From the NCBI GenBank assembly GCA_010093605.1, contig MU004182.1, positions 2,155,195 through 2,219,194 of the forward strand: a DNA stretch of 64,000 nucleotides, in the 5' to 3' direction. Positions 25,336 to 37,445 of this stretch are shown piece after piece (the stretch's first letter is position 1; the number at the start of each line of letters is the position of its first letter). Made by a program: the position numbers and the translations under genes. The notes beneath the pieces are model-generated. The model saw only the letters and a list, made by a program, of their open reading frames with translations. It was not told the DNA's origin and ran no database searches. This stretch comes from Lophium mytilinum (taxonomy: Eukaryota).

Positions 25336-26853
25336 ATGGCACCAACCACTTTCTCCGAGAAAGCCCCCTCAGAAGCAGAGATCCCGCAAGGCAACCTCTC
25401 CACCCCTTCCCTCCACGACCCCATGGCCGAAAAATGCCTCCTCCGTAAACTCGACCTCCACATCCTCCCACCGCTCTTCACCCTCTTCCTCCTCGCCTTC
25501 CTCGATCGCACCAACATCGGCAACGCCCGCATCCAAGGCCTAACCGAAGACCTCCACCTGCACGGCTCCGCCTACAACACCGCCCTCCTCACCTTCTTCA
25601 TCCCCTACATCCTCTTCGAAATCCCCTCCAACCTCGTCCTCCGCGCCCTCGCCCCCTCCACCTGGCTCTCCCTCACCATGATCCTATGGGGCATCGCCAC
25701 CATCGGCCAAGGCCTCATAACCACCCTCCCCGGCCTCATCGCCCACGCGTCCTGCTCGGCCTCTTCGAAGCCGGCCTCTTCCCCGGCTGCCTCTACCTCA
25801 TCAGCATGTACTACCGCCGCTACGAGCTACAACGCCGCCTCTCCCTCTTCTTCGCCGCCTCCATCCTCGCCGGCGCCTTCGGCGGCCTCTTCGCCTACGC
25901 CCTCGCCCATCTGCACGGCGTCGGCGGCTACGCCGGCTGGCGCTGGATCTTCATCGTCGAAGGGCTGCTGACCGTCGTCGTGGGCGTCGCGGCGCGCTGG
26001 TGGGTCGTCGACTGGCCCGAAACCGCGCGCTTCCTGACGCCTGCGGAGCGCGAGCTGCTCATCGAAAGGCTGGCGCGGGATACCGATGCTGCGGCGATGG
26101 ACCGGCTGGACCGGCGCGCGGTGCGGCGGATCGCGGGAGACGTGAAGATGTATATCGGCGTGGTGATGTATTTCGGGGTCGTGAACACGGGGTATGCGGG
26201 CGCGTTCTTCGTGCCGACGATCATTCGGGAGCTGGGGTATACGGCGGCGGCGGCGCAGGTGCGGTCGATTCCTGTGTTTGTGGTGGCGACGGTGGTGTCG
26301 TTGGGCGCGGCGGTGGTGTCGGATCGCGTTAGGCGGCGGTACTGGTTTTGTATGGGCGGGTTGGGGGTCGCGTCGGTGGGGTATGTGTTGTTGCTGTGTC
26401 AGAGGTGGCTGTCGGTGGGTGTTAGGTATTTTGCGCTGTTTTTGGTGGTTCCGGGGGGTTTTGTGACGCAGCCGATTACGCTGGTGTGGGTGGCGAATAC
26501 GATGAGTGGGCATTATAAGAGGGCGGTTTCGACGGCGGTGATGGTGGGGTTGGGGAATGCTGGTGAGTTTGGGAGACATTTGGGGTTGGAAGGGGGTGTG
26601 TGCTAATAGGAGAGTAGGTGGGATTGTGGCTTCCAGCGTCTTTCTCGATCGGGAGATGCCGAGATATCCAACGGGATATGGGGTCAGTCTGGGACTCCTG
26701 TGGGTCTGTGGTGCGGCGTGTACGGTCTTTCTTTTTGTGGTCAAGAGAGAGAATGGGAAGAGGGATCGTGGTGAGCGCGATCATAGGCTAGAACGGACAG
26801 AGGATGCGGATAATTTAGGGGATGACCATCCGCGGTTCAGGTTTGCGACTTAG
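25336..26853 (+). CDS. MFS transporter, anion:cation symporter (Dal5/allantoate-nicotinate permease-like); contains a frameshift
   Basis: LLRKLDLHILP...FLDRTNIGNARIQGL, EIPSNL, GLFEAG, GWRWIFIVEG, GHYKRA, GDDHPRFRF. One base is missing near 25745; intron ~26563-26617. Confidence 0.85.
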
Positions 26854-27096
26854 CGATGTACAGATCTGAGGAATACCGAGTTCCGTAACTTGATGAGGTG
26901 AAGATGAGCGAGAATGAAGAGTCGAAGGATTAGTATGAGATATGAAATAGCACTATGAGCCCTGAATAATTAAGCGAAGAAGCCTTCAATTGTTACTTGA
27001 TGAGAAGAGTCGCTGAAATGCAAACGCCATGGATGCAAAAGCGGAGATGCAAATGGTAAACGCCTGAACACCCGAATGCCATATTTACTTTCCTTG

Positions 27097-27629
27097 TCCT
27101 AGATAGTGGTCAGAATCTCACGCTGGTTTCATGATGAGGTGTCTAGGTGGACAAGTGACTCACATCCGTCCCTTAAGTGCTGCGCGTCGTTTTCACGGTT
27201 GTCCTCCCGCGCCTCCTCGAGCATGCTATCTATGCCTCGGGACTTGAGTGCTTTCTAGGGGAAAGTTTAGCACCAGCCACGCGGCTACATATTAGAATGA
27301 TGGGAAAATTGGGGACGTTATACGTACACCTAAGCACTGCTTGTACTGCTTGAAAAGAGGTTCGCATTCGTCTGTTGTCGCGTTGCCTCGAAGAAATTCT
27401 TGTGTAGTCTTAGATCATGGCTTTGATTTGATGATTTTGGAAAGACAGATAGAGCAAAGCAGAGATAAAGGACAGGAAAAGAGGACTCACTCTCGCTGTA
27501 CCATTTCAGGAAGCAGCTGTCGTAGCGTCTGTATTCATGCTTAGAGACTGTACGTAGGAAGGAGTGAACTCTGAAACTGAGAACATACTCTTTGACCTCG
27601 TTACACTCCGGCGCTAGTGAAGCCGACAT
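27097..27629 (-). CDS. MDM35: Mitochondrial distribution and morphology protein 35 (Mdm35/TRIAP1)
   Basis: Multi-exon: MSASLAPECNEVKE-RYDSCFLKWYSE-KFLRGNATTDECEPLFKQYKQCL-KALKSRGIDSMLEEARE, a twin CX9C protein. The 3' end is approximate. Confidence 0.9.
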
Positions 27630-27886
27630 AGTTAAGATTCAAGGAATGAGGATTTCAGATGATGGAGTTTGCTCAAGTTGATGGAAAAGAGCTGGAGGCT
27701 TTGATTCGCCTCCCGAAGCTAAGGTATAAATTACGCCCTTATCGATAAGAAATTTAGATTACAGCGTAACGTAAAAGTTGCTCTTTCTTCCAGACGGGAC
27801 AACGCGCCTCCAACTCTTTCACAGCGAGACCTATTCTGCAATCCACGGCCACCCATGGAATCGCACACGCCAGTATCACCACCATA

Positions 27887-30606
27887 ATGGATCCGCAATC
27901 CGACTTCCAAGCCACCCAAGACGCCGTCTCCGCCGCCCTCGTCGCAACCACTCGCGCTTCGACCCGCATCGCCGGCGAGGACTTGGAGTTCCAGCGCTCC
28001 CTGAACCCGAAAAACGCCCGAGTACTCGACAAGCAGAATGCGCGGCTTCTGGGCCTGGCAGGGCGCCTGCTTAAGGGCAGTGCGGGGGGTGCAGAGGGTG
28101 TGAGTAGTCTCCTCTCGGATACAGTTGAGGACGTCAAGGAAGGGGAGGGTGCGGGGTGGAGAGGCGTGGTTGATAGGATTGATAGTTTGCTGGAGAGGGC
28201 GGACTCGCGGCTCGATGAGTTTACGGGGGCTGTGAAGAAGGGCGGGGAGGAGACGGTGAGTTTTACTTCCTTGCGGCGGAGAGTGGGATTGGGGACTGAT
28301 GAATGGATAGGTTTTGCCGGTGAAGCAGAAACCCGCGAAGTCGGCCAAAGCGTTTTTCTCACAGACGAAAAACCTCGCGAAACCACAGTTGCTGTTCGAG
28401 CACGTTCCGAGGAATGACGAGACGGGTGCTTTTAGGCCGCTGATGACCCAGAAGCCGCACGCGATTGTTTCTTTGAAAGGGAGCTTGAAGGGGTTCACGG
28501 ATGAGAGAGGGAACAAGCAGTATGAGAAAAATCTTCAGTTGTTCCCACGTGGATCGAACAACTGTGTGCTAAGTCGCGTAGATTCCCACATCCCTATAAA
28601 TCCGAGATTGAGAATTATACCTATCCGAGCTCCCTATACGAAAAGAAAGAGCCGATCATGTATCATCCTTTCGAAACTACCACGGCGACGCTCGTGGATA
28701 CACCAGAGGCGTTGGCGTCTATGCTTGCAGAGCTAAAACGGGCGAAAGAGATTGCCATCGATTTGGAGCATCATGACAACAGGTCCTACATTGGTATCGT
28801 GTCTTTGATGCAGATCAGTACGAGAGACAAAGACTGGATTGTCGACACCCTGGTGCCTTGGAGGAGGAAGTTTGAGTGCCTCAATGAGGTATTCGCCGAT
28901 CCGGGTATTCTAAAGGTATGCTGAGTATTGACTACAATTTCGCATTTTGCTCACAAAAGCAGGTGCTTCATGGGGCTTTCATGGACATCATATGGCTACA
29001 ACGAGATCTCGGTCTTTACGTTGTGGGGCTGTTTGACACTCATCATGCTGCAAGGGCTTTGGGATATACTGGAGGCAGTCTGGCCTTCTTATTGCTGAAG
29101 TTCATAAACTTCAGCGCGAACAAGCAGTATCAAATGGCCGACTGGCGAGTCAGGTACGTTTGAGCACGGACTTTCTACTTATGATAGCTGACACCATTCA
29201 CTAGGCCTCTACCCACGGAATTGTTCGACTATGCACGATCCGACACCCATTATCTTCTCTACATATTCGACAACATGCGAAACGAGCTTGTTGAGAAATC
29301 GAACTTTTCGGATCCGGAATTCGACCTCATCGCTCGAGTTCAAGAGAAATCACGGGAAACAGCGCTTCAACGCTATGAGCACCCTCTCTACGATGGGCAA
29401 ACTGGACAGGGATCAGGCGGATGGCACAAGATCCTCCGCAATACCCCGGCGTCTTTCTCGAAAGAGCAGTTCGCAGTGTTCAAGGCAGTGCACAAGTGGC
29501 GCGATGAAGTTGCTCGACAAGAGGATGAGAGTGTCCACTTCATCTTAGCGAACCACGCCTTGTTGAGCGTTGCGCGGGCTATGCCGACTGAACAGGCCGC
29601 TTTGTTGGGGAGCGCTTCGCCCATCTCACCTATACTCCGGATGCGAGCTGAGGAGCTGGTTGCAAGAATCATCGATGCTAGGATGAACGCTGAAGATGGC
29701 CCCGAAATGACAACAGTCCTCGCGGAATTGGAAGAAAAGCACCAAGCAAAGAGACTGGCATTCCTACAGGCTGAAGTTCAAAGCCAGCCACAGACAGTCA
29801 CTGAGTCAATTCTAATTCCCGCTGCTAAGGCGGCTGAGCCTACACCCGCACCAACGCTACCTACTAGCGGAAAGCTCCGTACGAGCTTCTCTCAATTCTG
29901 GGGTTCGGCATGTGGAAGCACGTTTTGGGATCAGCGACGGTCCTTCTCCAATGGAGAAATCCGTCTTGCATTGCCACTCCCGCAACTCTCAGCTGAGATC
30001 TTCGCTGATGTAAAGGATGTGGAGAGTCCACAAGCAAAGATAGATCCGGGAGCACGCGCTGAGCATCCATTTAGGAGCAAGAAAGACAGGGAAGCCCAAG
30101 AGGAGGTGGATGACGTCTTTGTCGTCAAGCAGCTCGGAGGTGGCAGGAAGAGGAAGAATAGGGAGATTGAGGAGCCTGTAGCCGAAACCCTGTCCCCAAC
30201 AAACGACGAAGCCGGCGAAGAGCTTGACGGACAAGACGATGAAGTAGTTTTGGATGATCAGACTATCTTGGAGGAAAGGGCTAGGAAGAAGGCAGAAAAG
30301 AAGGCGTGGCGGAAAGTGGAGAGAGCCACAAAGAAAGCTGCGCAGAAGGCGGCGGCGAACGGTGGTGTCGAGACGATGGATGTTGATGATCCACCCGTCG
30401 ACGAAGACGGCGAGGTGAAAGCTTTCGACTACGCCGCGCAGCCGAGCGTGATCCAAGGCCCAAGCAAGGAAGAGAGGAAGAAAAACAAGAAAGACAAGAA
30501 GAAAGCAAAGGTAGTCAATCCGTTCGCGAAGGCAAATGATGCGCCTAGGGGAATGGGCAGGACGCAGAGGGAGACGGTGGGACGGAGCAAGACTTTCAAG
30601 GGCTGA
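27887..30606 (+). CDS. RRP6: Exosome 3'-5' exonuclease Rrp6
   Basis: PMC2NT-like N-terminus, [15 protein letters not shown]...[53 protein letters not shown], and [16 protein letters not shown]. About four introns. Confidence 0.95.
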
Positions 30607-33469
30607 GTGGAAAGCCATGATGCTGAGCATGGATTTCCAGTTCTACCTAGTGGCTTCTAGTTCTGCTCGTGCATGAAAACGGTGTTCTGGCGGTCTTTTC
30701 GGGTTCAAGAGTGGTTTTGCTCGCGCATAGGCGAGGCGTTGATGGGGTTATTGACAAGGGCTTGCATGCTTTACGAAATGCACTGGTAGGATTCGGAAAA
30801 GGGTCTACCAGAGACCAAGGTTGATGGCAATAGGTATCCTATTGCTGACCTGGATTTAAGTTCCCTTTCTGCTGATCTTGCGCTTGCGTGACTTTGCCTC
30901 TAGGGTTTCATTTCCAGCCTCGAAATGTTCCACGTGGAACCAGTTCAATGTCTAACGCTCGTGATAATACATATCTACTCTAGCGGATAGTTAGTTGACC
31001 TCGACAAAATGGCTTCGGAGTCCGAAAGGATACATCATTCGTACGGAGTCTCACGGCCGCAATCTGAGGTTTGACATACCAACCTGTCATATGAAGCCAC
31101 CCGCGCTTCCAACGGCACACAGGAACGACTGAGGGCCAGTCCTGAAAAATCGGGTCAACCTATCGATGATTACACGGTTGGGTAAGTAAAGCCACTAGGG
31201 AAATTATTGATAACACACAGAATGTGAGAACTATGTAGGCGGTGCACTAGACCTAATCGAGCCTAAGCGCGGCATGCGACAGATAGAATACGAAGTATGG
31301 AGTGCGCGGTATCAGGCTCCAAGGAAATCACAAAACGCATCACCTTTACTAATTCCAATGTTCACACATCTGCAACAAATCCAGATAGAGGGTGGTGAGG
31401 TAATAGAAGAGTGGGCGCGGCAAGCCGATACAAAATTTCGTAGAGAAACCTATGTCCCACCCACAATGCATAAATGTTACGCAGAAGGACAACGAGAAAT
31501 CTTGGGCATTCAAAGAGAGGCGATATCCCGAGTTTTCTCACCAAGCGTATGTCTTTACAATACCATCTCAGACGTCAGTTTAACCTAACGCTTGTACTAG
31601 TTTTGCTATGCAGCCATCTATCGAACGGTCGAGCCTCCAGGAGCCTACGTGGGCGGGCCAAAGACTCAGTTGATCATCCCGATCATGATCACAAATGCTT
31701 CTGCATATGTTGCCCCGGTTCCAGATTGGTTCCAAAAGTGCCAAGTCCAACTAGGCCATGCCATAATTTGCCAGCAACATCGGCCCGTATGGATTAGTCA
31801 TGGGGTAACCTACGCGACTTGGGCCGAAATTATCTCAGGTGCCTCAGCCGCTTCTCCGAGTCATTTTTTGAGGCGTTCCACCACAACACCACTACACTCA
31901 ATACAGTAAGGACCCCCTACGGCCCCACCACCCCCTTACCTGCCGCCCCCAGCCCCCAGCCCTCCCTCCCCCCCAAAAAACCCTCGGATTCGCGTCTGAG
32001 GACTTATGGGCGCCTGTTTGGTGCAAACTGGTCCATTTTCAACAGGTATACCTTTTTCAAATATCAACCACAAGGTGAATTCATCAGCTACGGTCTCAGT
32101 GTTCGATGCATTTCAATCACAAGTTCTTTCTCTACCATCTTTCAAGAGTTGTACCTAGCTAGCTACGGTATTAAGGGTCGATGTACAGCGTTAAAGTCAA
32201 AAGTGTGTTTTTTGAAACTGGACCACTGTGCCTCATTCCTCTATGCGTATTTTTCAGCACGCCTGCGTACCTTTCAGCATGCATCTGCTCTCTTGGAATT
32301 ACAGCCGCGTTATGGCATGGCTGAACCTAGTATTAGATAGAGGAGATAGAGCAGGAGATAGGCTAGCACCTTGTGGTTGTGGCAGGTTGTTTGGAGTTAT
32401 ATCAAGGGTTAAGATACAGCGTTGAAAGTTGGCTGTTTTGGCTGTTCGTTCCTTATGAACCGTGCCCAAATGTCCTCAGACTCTCTACGAGAGAAAGCCC
32501 GATCACGTGCCGTGATCGGGCTTTCCTCGGTAGAGTAGAGGGTCTGAGGCACCTGAGATAAGGCCGAAACATGATGCGCAGTGAAAAAGCAGACCCTCTG
32601 TGTATCGGCCTGGAGTGGTCCGAATCCGACGTGAAGGAAACAGCTCTAGGGGCAGCAACCTGGGAGTCCAGATTGGCGAACTTGTTTTATCGTCAGGGTC
32701 GTCGAAAGCGCAAAATCTACTCCGTTGTCCGTTGCTCAAGTGACACCAATAACTCATTCTAGTGGACTCGTAAACGCACTGCAAACGCATCTCATGTTGG
32801 AGAACTACTTACCAACGTTTCAGTTCCAGGGCATGGGTATTCTCCACTCGGCTCCTACCTTTGCTAGTGCAACACCATTTTACGGAAGACCCCAGCTAGC
32901 AGGTACTCGACTAGCCAGAAGGTCTCCTAGTTCCTAAGGCATAGACTGAGCAACTCTAGGCTAAGCGCCAGATCCACCTCCCCAGATTTCACCGTCTCAC
33001 TAGCCTGCCACCTTGCGTTAACCCTTCCATCTAACATGCAGGAACGTACAACAACGGAAATCGAGGGAGCGACCAATAGCAAGCTTGAACTATGCTATTG
33101 TGCGCCCGGCTAGGGCTTCGCGTTCCGATCGATATTGATTGCCATTCAGTACGACTTCATGCTGTCGTACTGCGCAGATAGTATCGATTTCTTTACCCCG
33201 AGAGCGCACAAGGAACCTACGAGCTGAAGGCAACCTAAGGCAGATTCAGCTGCGTTGATACGGTCATGTTCAACTTTAAACCCCCCACACTAGACTCTAT
33301 CGTATAACGATCTCGGTCACTTACAAGTATTTGAGATTCCGCGATGGTAAGGCACTACAGTCATGAAAAAAACCTTTGTATACATTCATCACCGCTACGT
33401 TTCTCGGTCTCTTGTCCACGCGCTTTCCAGTTCATTCCACACATAGTCAAGTCATCAGTTGCAGGGAAA

Positions 33470-34995
33470 ATGTCCCTCCCAAAAGTCCCACCGGAGGTCT
33501 TGCAAAAGATGCTGGATGCACCTGCCCATGCACCGCCGGCGGGCGTCATTCCTAACTTCATAGACCCACCCTCGCTGCATACGACGTCTTTAGTTATCGT
33601 GATTGTGTGTTTGATCATCCCGACTATAGCGGTGTGGATGCGACTATATACGAAGGGGAAGATTGTGAAGAGCATCACGCTCGAAGATTGTCAGTCGAAA
33701 ACTTTACCATGTCGATGCATGTTTACTGACAGCTTCCAGATGTGCTTCTGTTGGGCTGGGTAAATCAAATTCATCACTCGCAGACTACATTCAATTCTAA
33801 TACACACAAGGTCTGCTACGTCGGCGCCTACTACGTCTGCGCCTTTCTCATCATCGACTACCTCCCCGGCGTCCACCAATGGGACGTCCAAGTCAAAGCT
33901 ATCAGCAAATACCTCTACGTACACTCCCTTCCCTCCCATCCCCTCCAACTTTACTAACACCCCCAGTACCTCCACATCGGCACGTTAATGTACGGCATCA
34001 CAATCCTCTTCATCAAACTCTCCATCCTCATCCAATGGATCCGCGTCTTCCTCACCCCCGCCTCCCGCGGGCCCATGTTCTGGGCCTTCCACGCCCTCAT
34101 CTGGGCCAACATCATCTTCTACGTCAGCTGCACCTTCATCGAAGTCTGGTCCTGCAACCCGCGCGCCAAGATCTGGACGCCGCTGCTGCAGGGTGGCAAA
34201 TGCCTAAACACCAACGCGATCGCGGTGTCGTCGGGGGTGTTCAACACGATCTCAGATATCGCAATGGTGTTGTTGCCGCAGCGGGTGATTTGGAAGCTGA
34301 ACATGTCGAGAGGGAGGAAGATCGGGCTGTCTGCGATATTTCTGTTTGGGATCTTGTGAGTTTGAGTCCTATTTCTTGGAATACCGGTGAAGAGATAGGG
34401 GGGTGAGCTGACAACACACAGGGCTTGCATCGCCTCCCTCGTCCGCCTCTACTACTGCGTCCGCGTCTTCGAAAGCCATGATTACACCTATTACACCCTC
34501 CTCATGGCCCTCGGCTCCTTCCCAGAAATGACCGCCGGCTTCCTCGTCATCTGCCTCCCCGTGCTACCCAAGTTCGTCCGCAGCATGTTCGGTGAAGACA
34601 TCCTTACCCGAGTCGGCTTCACGAAGTTCCGCTCGTACTTCTATACGTCTTCGGGGAGTGGCAATGCGGCGTCGGGGAGCGGGCGCTGGCGGAACTTGAG
34701 GTTCTTGAACTCGCCGTCTGTTACCGGTAAGGAGAAGAGTGCGGTTGAGGCGACGCTGGAGCGGAATGATAGTGGCGCAGCCGTGGAGGTGGATGCGGAG
34801 AAGGAGAAGGCGGATGCGTGTATTGTGCGTACCGTGCAGATTGCAGCGGAGGATGGACCGAGAAGGTCGGGGGACTTTGAGGCGCGGTTTCAAGCGACGC
34901 ATCCGTGGGCGAAGGAGGAGGTGCCTGGTGCTGCTGCGGACGCGTTTGATGAGAGAAATATTGGATTTGTTGGGGAAGAAGACTCCTTTATATGA
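33470..34995 (+). CDS. PTH11-like rhodopsin-domain integral membrane protein (no CFEM)
   Basis: PAHAPPAGVIPNFIDPP, RLYTK, GVHQWDV, IKLSILIQW, CNPRAKIW..GGKC, SDIAMVLLPQRVIWKLNMSRGRKIG, EMTAGFLVICLP. Four short introns. Confidence 0.85.
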
Positions 34996-35177
34996 GGGAT
35001 ATAGGGAATTTGGACGCGTGGTGGATATTTTTTTGATCTGAATTACATAGAGACTTTAGATGGAAATAATACTATTCTTAGACCTCATGTGTCGGTCTTC
35101 TATATTCTGAAACGCGAGTTTGGTTTATGAGGGGACTACCATGACTTCGCCCTCCTTCACTGTGTTCTACGGAAAAC

Positions 35178-35255
35178 CTCGGCCGACTTTTCAATCACTG
35201 CGGCCGAACTTTCAGTCACTGCGGCCGAGTTCTGGAAAAGTCGGCCGAGTTCCTT
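35178..35255. repeat. Array of four CGGCCGA motifs at ~21-bp spacing, with a 15-bp perfect inverted repeat
   Basis: CGGCCGA at 35180, 35201, 35222 and 35242. ctcggccgacttttc (35178-35192) is the reverse complement of gaaaagtcggccgag (35235-35249). Confidence 0.8.
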
Positions 35256-35469
35256 AAAAATATTGCGACCGGGCGCACAGCGAGCAGAGCCATTAGTTCT
35301 CAACGCAAAACCATCATACAAGCAGCAAATTCAATCAGAAAAATCGTGATTTTGGCAAATGTGGTTTTTCTCAACGATGCTACTGGATTTCCAGCAAATG
35401 CTGCCCGTTTAATCGAGCGTTTTAGACAATATTAACAAATATGCTGGCGGCGATAGAGCCGTAGAAGTG

Positions 35470-35775
35470 ACTGTACTATAAGCAAAGTAGTCTAAAATAT
35501 TATAAGTCTAATAGATTAAAAAGAACTAGAGACTAAAAGCTATTACTATTTAGTATAAAGTACTAAGTAGAAGTATTTAGAAATAGTAAAGAATAAATAT
35601 ACTAGTAAGTCTAGATATAGCTATATAGCTTATAGAAACTTTAGTATAGTTTCTATCTTTTAGAAATACTATTATCTATAGGTATTACTATTAGGTATAG
35701 TTTAATAGATAAGGGGAGTATTTAACTAGTACTATATTAGTATAGGTCTCTAACACCTGCCTATATAGCTTAGTG
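35470..35775. mobile_element. AT-rich, TpA-enriched relic consistent with a RIP-mutated repeat
   Basis: Abrupt drop in GC with dense TA/TAG/CTA words (e.g. tatatagcttatagaaactttagtatag), flanked by normal-GC DNA. No coding homology recognisable. Confidence 0.65.
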
Positions 35776-35926
35776 CGGCTTGGCGGAATTTTTAATATAT
35801 AAGCCCGTTCGCCGCCGTTCTTTCTTCTTCCCTCCTACACCAGCGCCCCGCAGGAAAATCAAAATCCAACCTTCAGGCTTGGCACCTACCACCTACTTTA
35901 AGCCCTCATCACGCTACACGACCACC

Positions 35927-36793
35927 ATGTCTCACTCACAGATCAAAGCTATTAAGGATGCCGTGCTTGACCCTAAGAGGCAGATTCCCAGTTACTCTAA
36001 GTATCTCGTCGAATACGACGATGGCACGGAAGGATTAGTGCCTGCCGCCACAGTGGCTCCTGCTATGGCTATTAAATACTTAACGCAGTACCCACCCAGG
36101 GCCGTGAAGCTCGAGGACACTACTGTCGCCAATGATATTAAGGCCTACAATAATAAAAGTGCTGTGTATAACAGCGACCGTGCATGGCCTAAACCTAACG
36201 CACCGGTCTTAAATAGAAATACTGCTGCCGTGCCTCTGAAAGCACGCAAGGCAAGCACGTATAGTACTACCAATATGCAGCAAAATACTCGTCCACCTGC
36301 TCCCACCCAATGTGCGGCGGCAAGGCGAGACTCTGTCGCGGGCCAATCCTCGGCACCTCGTCGTAGATCTAGTACCCCCCAGGGCTCCAGGAGCAACACC
36401 ACTCTCGCTCCTGAGCGCACTCCTGAACGCACTAGACTTACAGCTCCGGGGCACGACGACTACGAACTGCCCCCCGAACCTGCACGAGACGCTGAGAGGA
36501 GTAACATCCCGGATTTACGGAAAAACAGCACGCTCATTATCGTAGACGAAAGACCTTCCAAAAGGGACAGGAAGCGTAGCCGCATTACCACTGAGTACCT
36601 TATCTACCGACTCCGTGATAATATGACAGGCAAGAAGCGGCCACTCGTGTGGGTGTCTGATAAAGCCGTGCACGCGAGGCCCAAGGCCGAGTGGGCGGCT
36701 AGTGGGAGGCAGAAACTCTTTTCTGCGAAGCAGGTGCTTGAGAAGAGGGCGGAGGTGAGAGATGCTGTGCATCGTGATGTCTATGGTTATTAG
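35927..36793 (+). CDS. Hypothetical protein with two degenerate chromodomain-like segments
   Basis: Likely ATG at MSHSQIKAIKD. N-terminal KYLVEYDDG...VAP and C-terminal EYLIYRLRDNMTGKKRPLVWVS...AEW flank a disordered linker. Confidence 0.45.
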   Translation: MSHSQIKAIKDAVLDPKRQIPSYSKYLVEYDDGTEGLVPAATVAPAMAIKYLTQYPPRAVKLEDTTVANDIKAYNNKSAVYNSDRAWPKPNAPVLNRNTAAVPLKARKASTYSTTNMQQNTRPPAPTQCAAARRDSVAGQSSAPRRRSSTPQGSRSNTTLAPERTPERTRLTAPGHDDYELPPEPARDAERSNIPDLRKNSTLIIVDERPSKRDRKRSRITTEYLIYRLRDNMTGKKRPLVWVSDKAVHARPKAEWAASGRQKLFSAKQVLEKRAEVRDAVHRDVYGY

Positions 36794-37445
36794 TGATATT
36801 GTTAGTTACTTAAGGAGTAAGTCGGACACGTGATATAAGCTGGGGGTGTATGATGACTAATAAAGTTATAGATTGAACTGATAAGGAAGGATTGATGAAC
36901 GTGGGTATTTCTTTAGTTTTGTTCGGTTTCTTACGGAGGGCTGTTTTGTTTCGCACTGCTTGACTTTATGGCAATGGACGAAATGAAGTATGACAGAGGG
37001 TGGGAGGTTGAACTTGTTGTTGAAGGATTGAAATATATGAACGGACGGGATGTGTCCTGAGCACGGTGCTTTAGTTTTGCATTCGACCGCCGTTGATACT
37101 TCTGTTTAGCTTGCTATTGCGTTCTGTTGTTTACCTCTGGCTTGTCGTTGTCACTTTTGTTCACCTCACTATCGTGCTATATCGTCAATCCGAAGAATAA
37201 ATAAGAGAATGGTCTGTTTATGGATTACAATTCTCGGATCTCGCTGATGTTGAGGACCAAAGCGCAATAGAAATGCAAACTTCGTAACAACTGCATCCAA
37301 GACAGCCGATTGAGACCAGAGCGACAGAGGAAACTTCTCACCAATTAGCAGAAAGGCTCAGCGATATCACAGAGTATACTCACCTGCTAACGCGCCCTCG
37401 CCCTCTCCCACTCCTCTATCCCATCCTCCCTCTCCCACTGCTTCC

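Noticed and set aside
25827..26744. 305-aa antisense ORF rich in R/H/P
   Set aside because: Shadow of the GC-skewed MFS gene.
30927..30940. 14-bp palindrome gttccacgtggaac (E-box core)
   Set aside because: Single occurrence with no supporting context.
31274..32937. Several short ORFs in the long RRP6-PTH11 intergenic region
   Set aside because: No motifs or consistent splice model.
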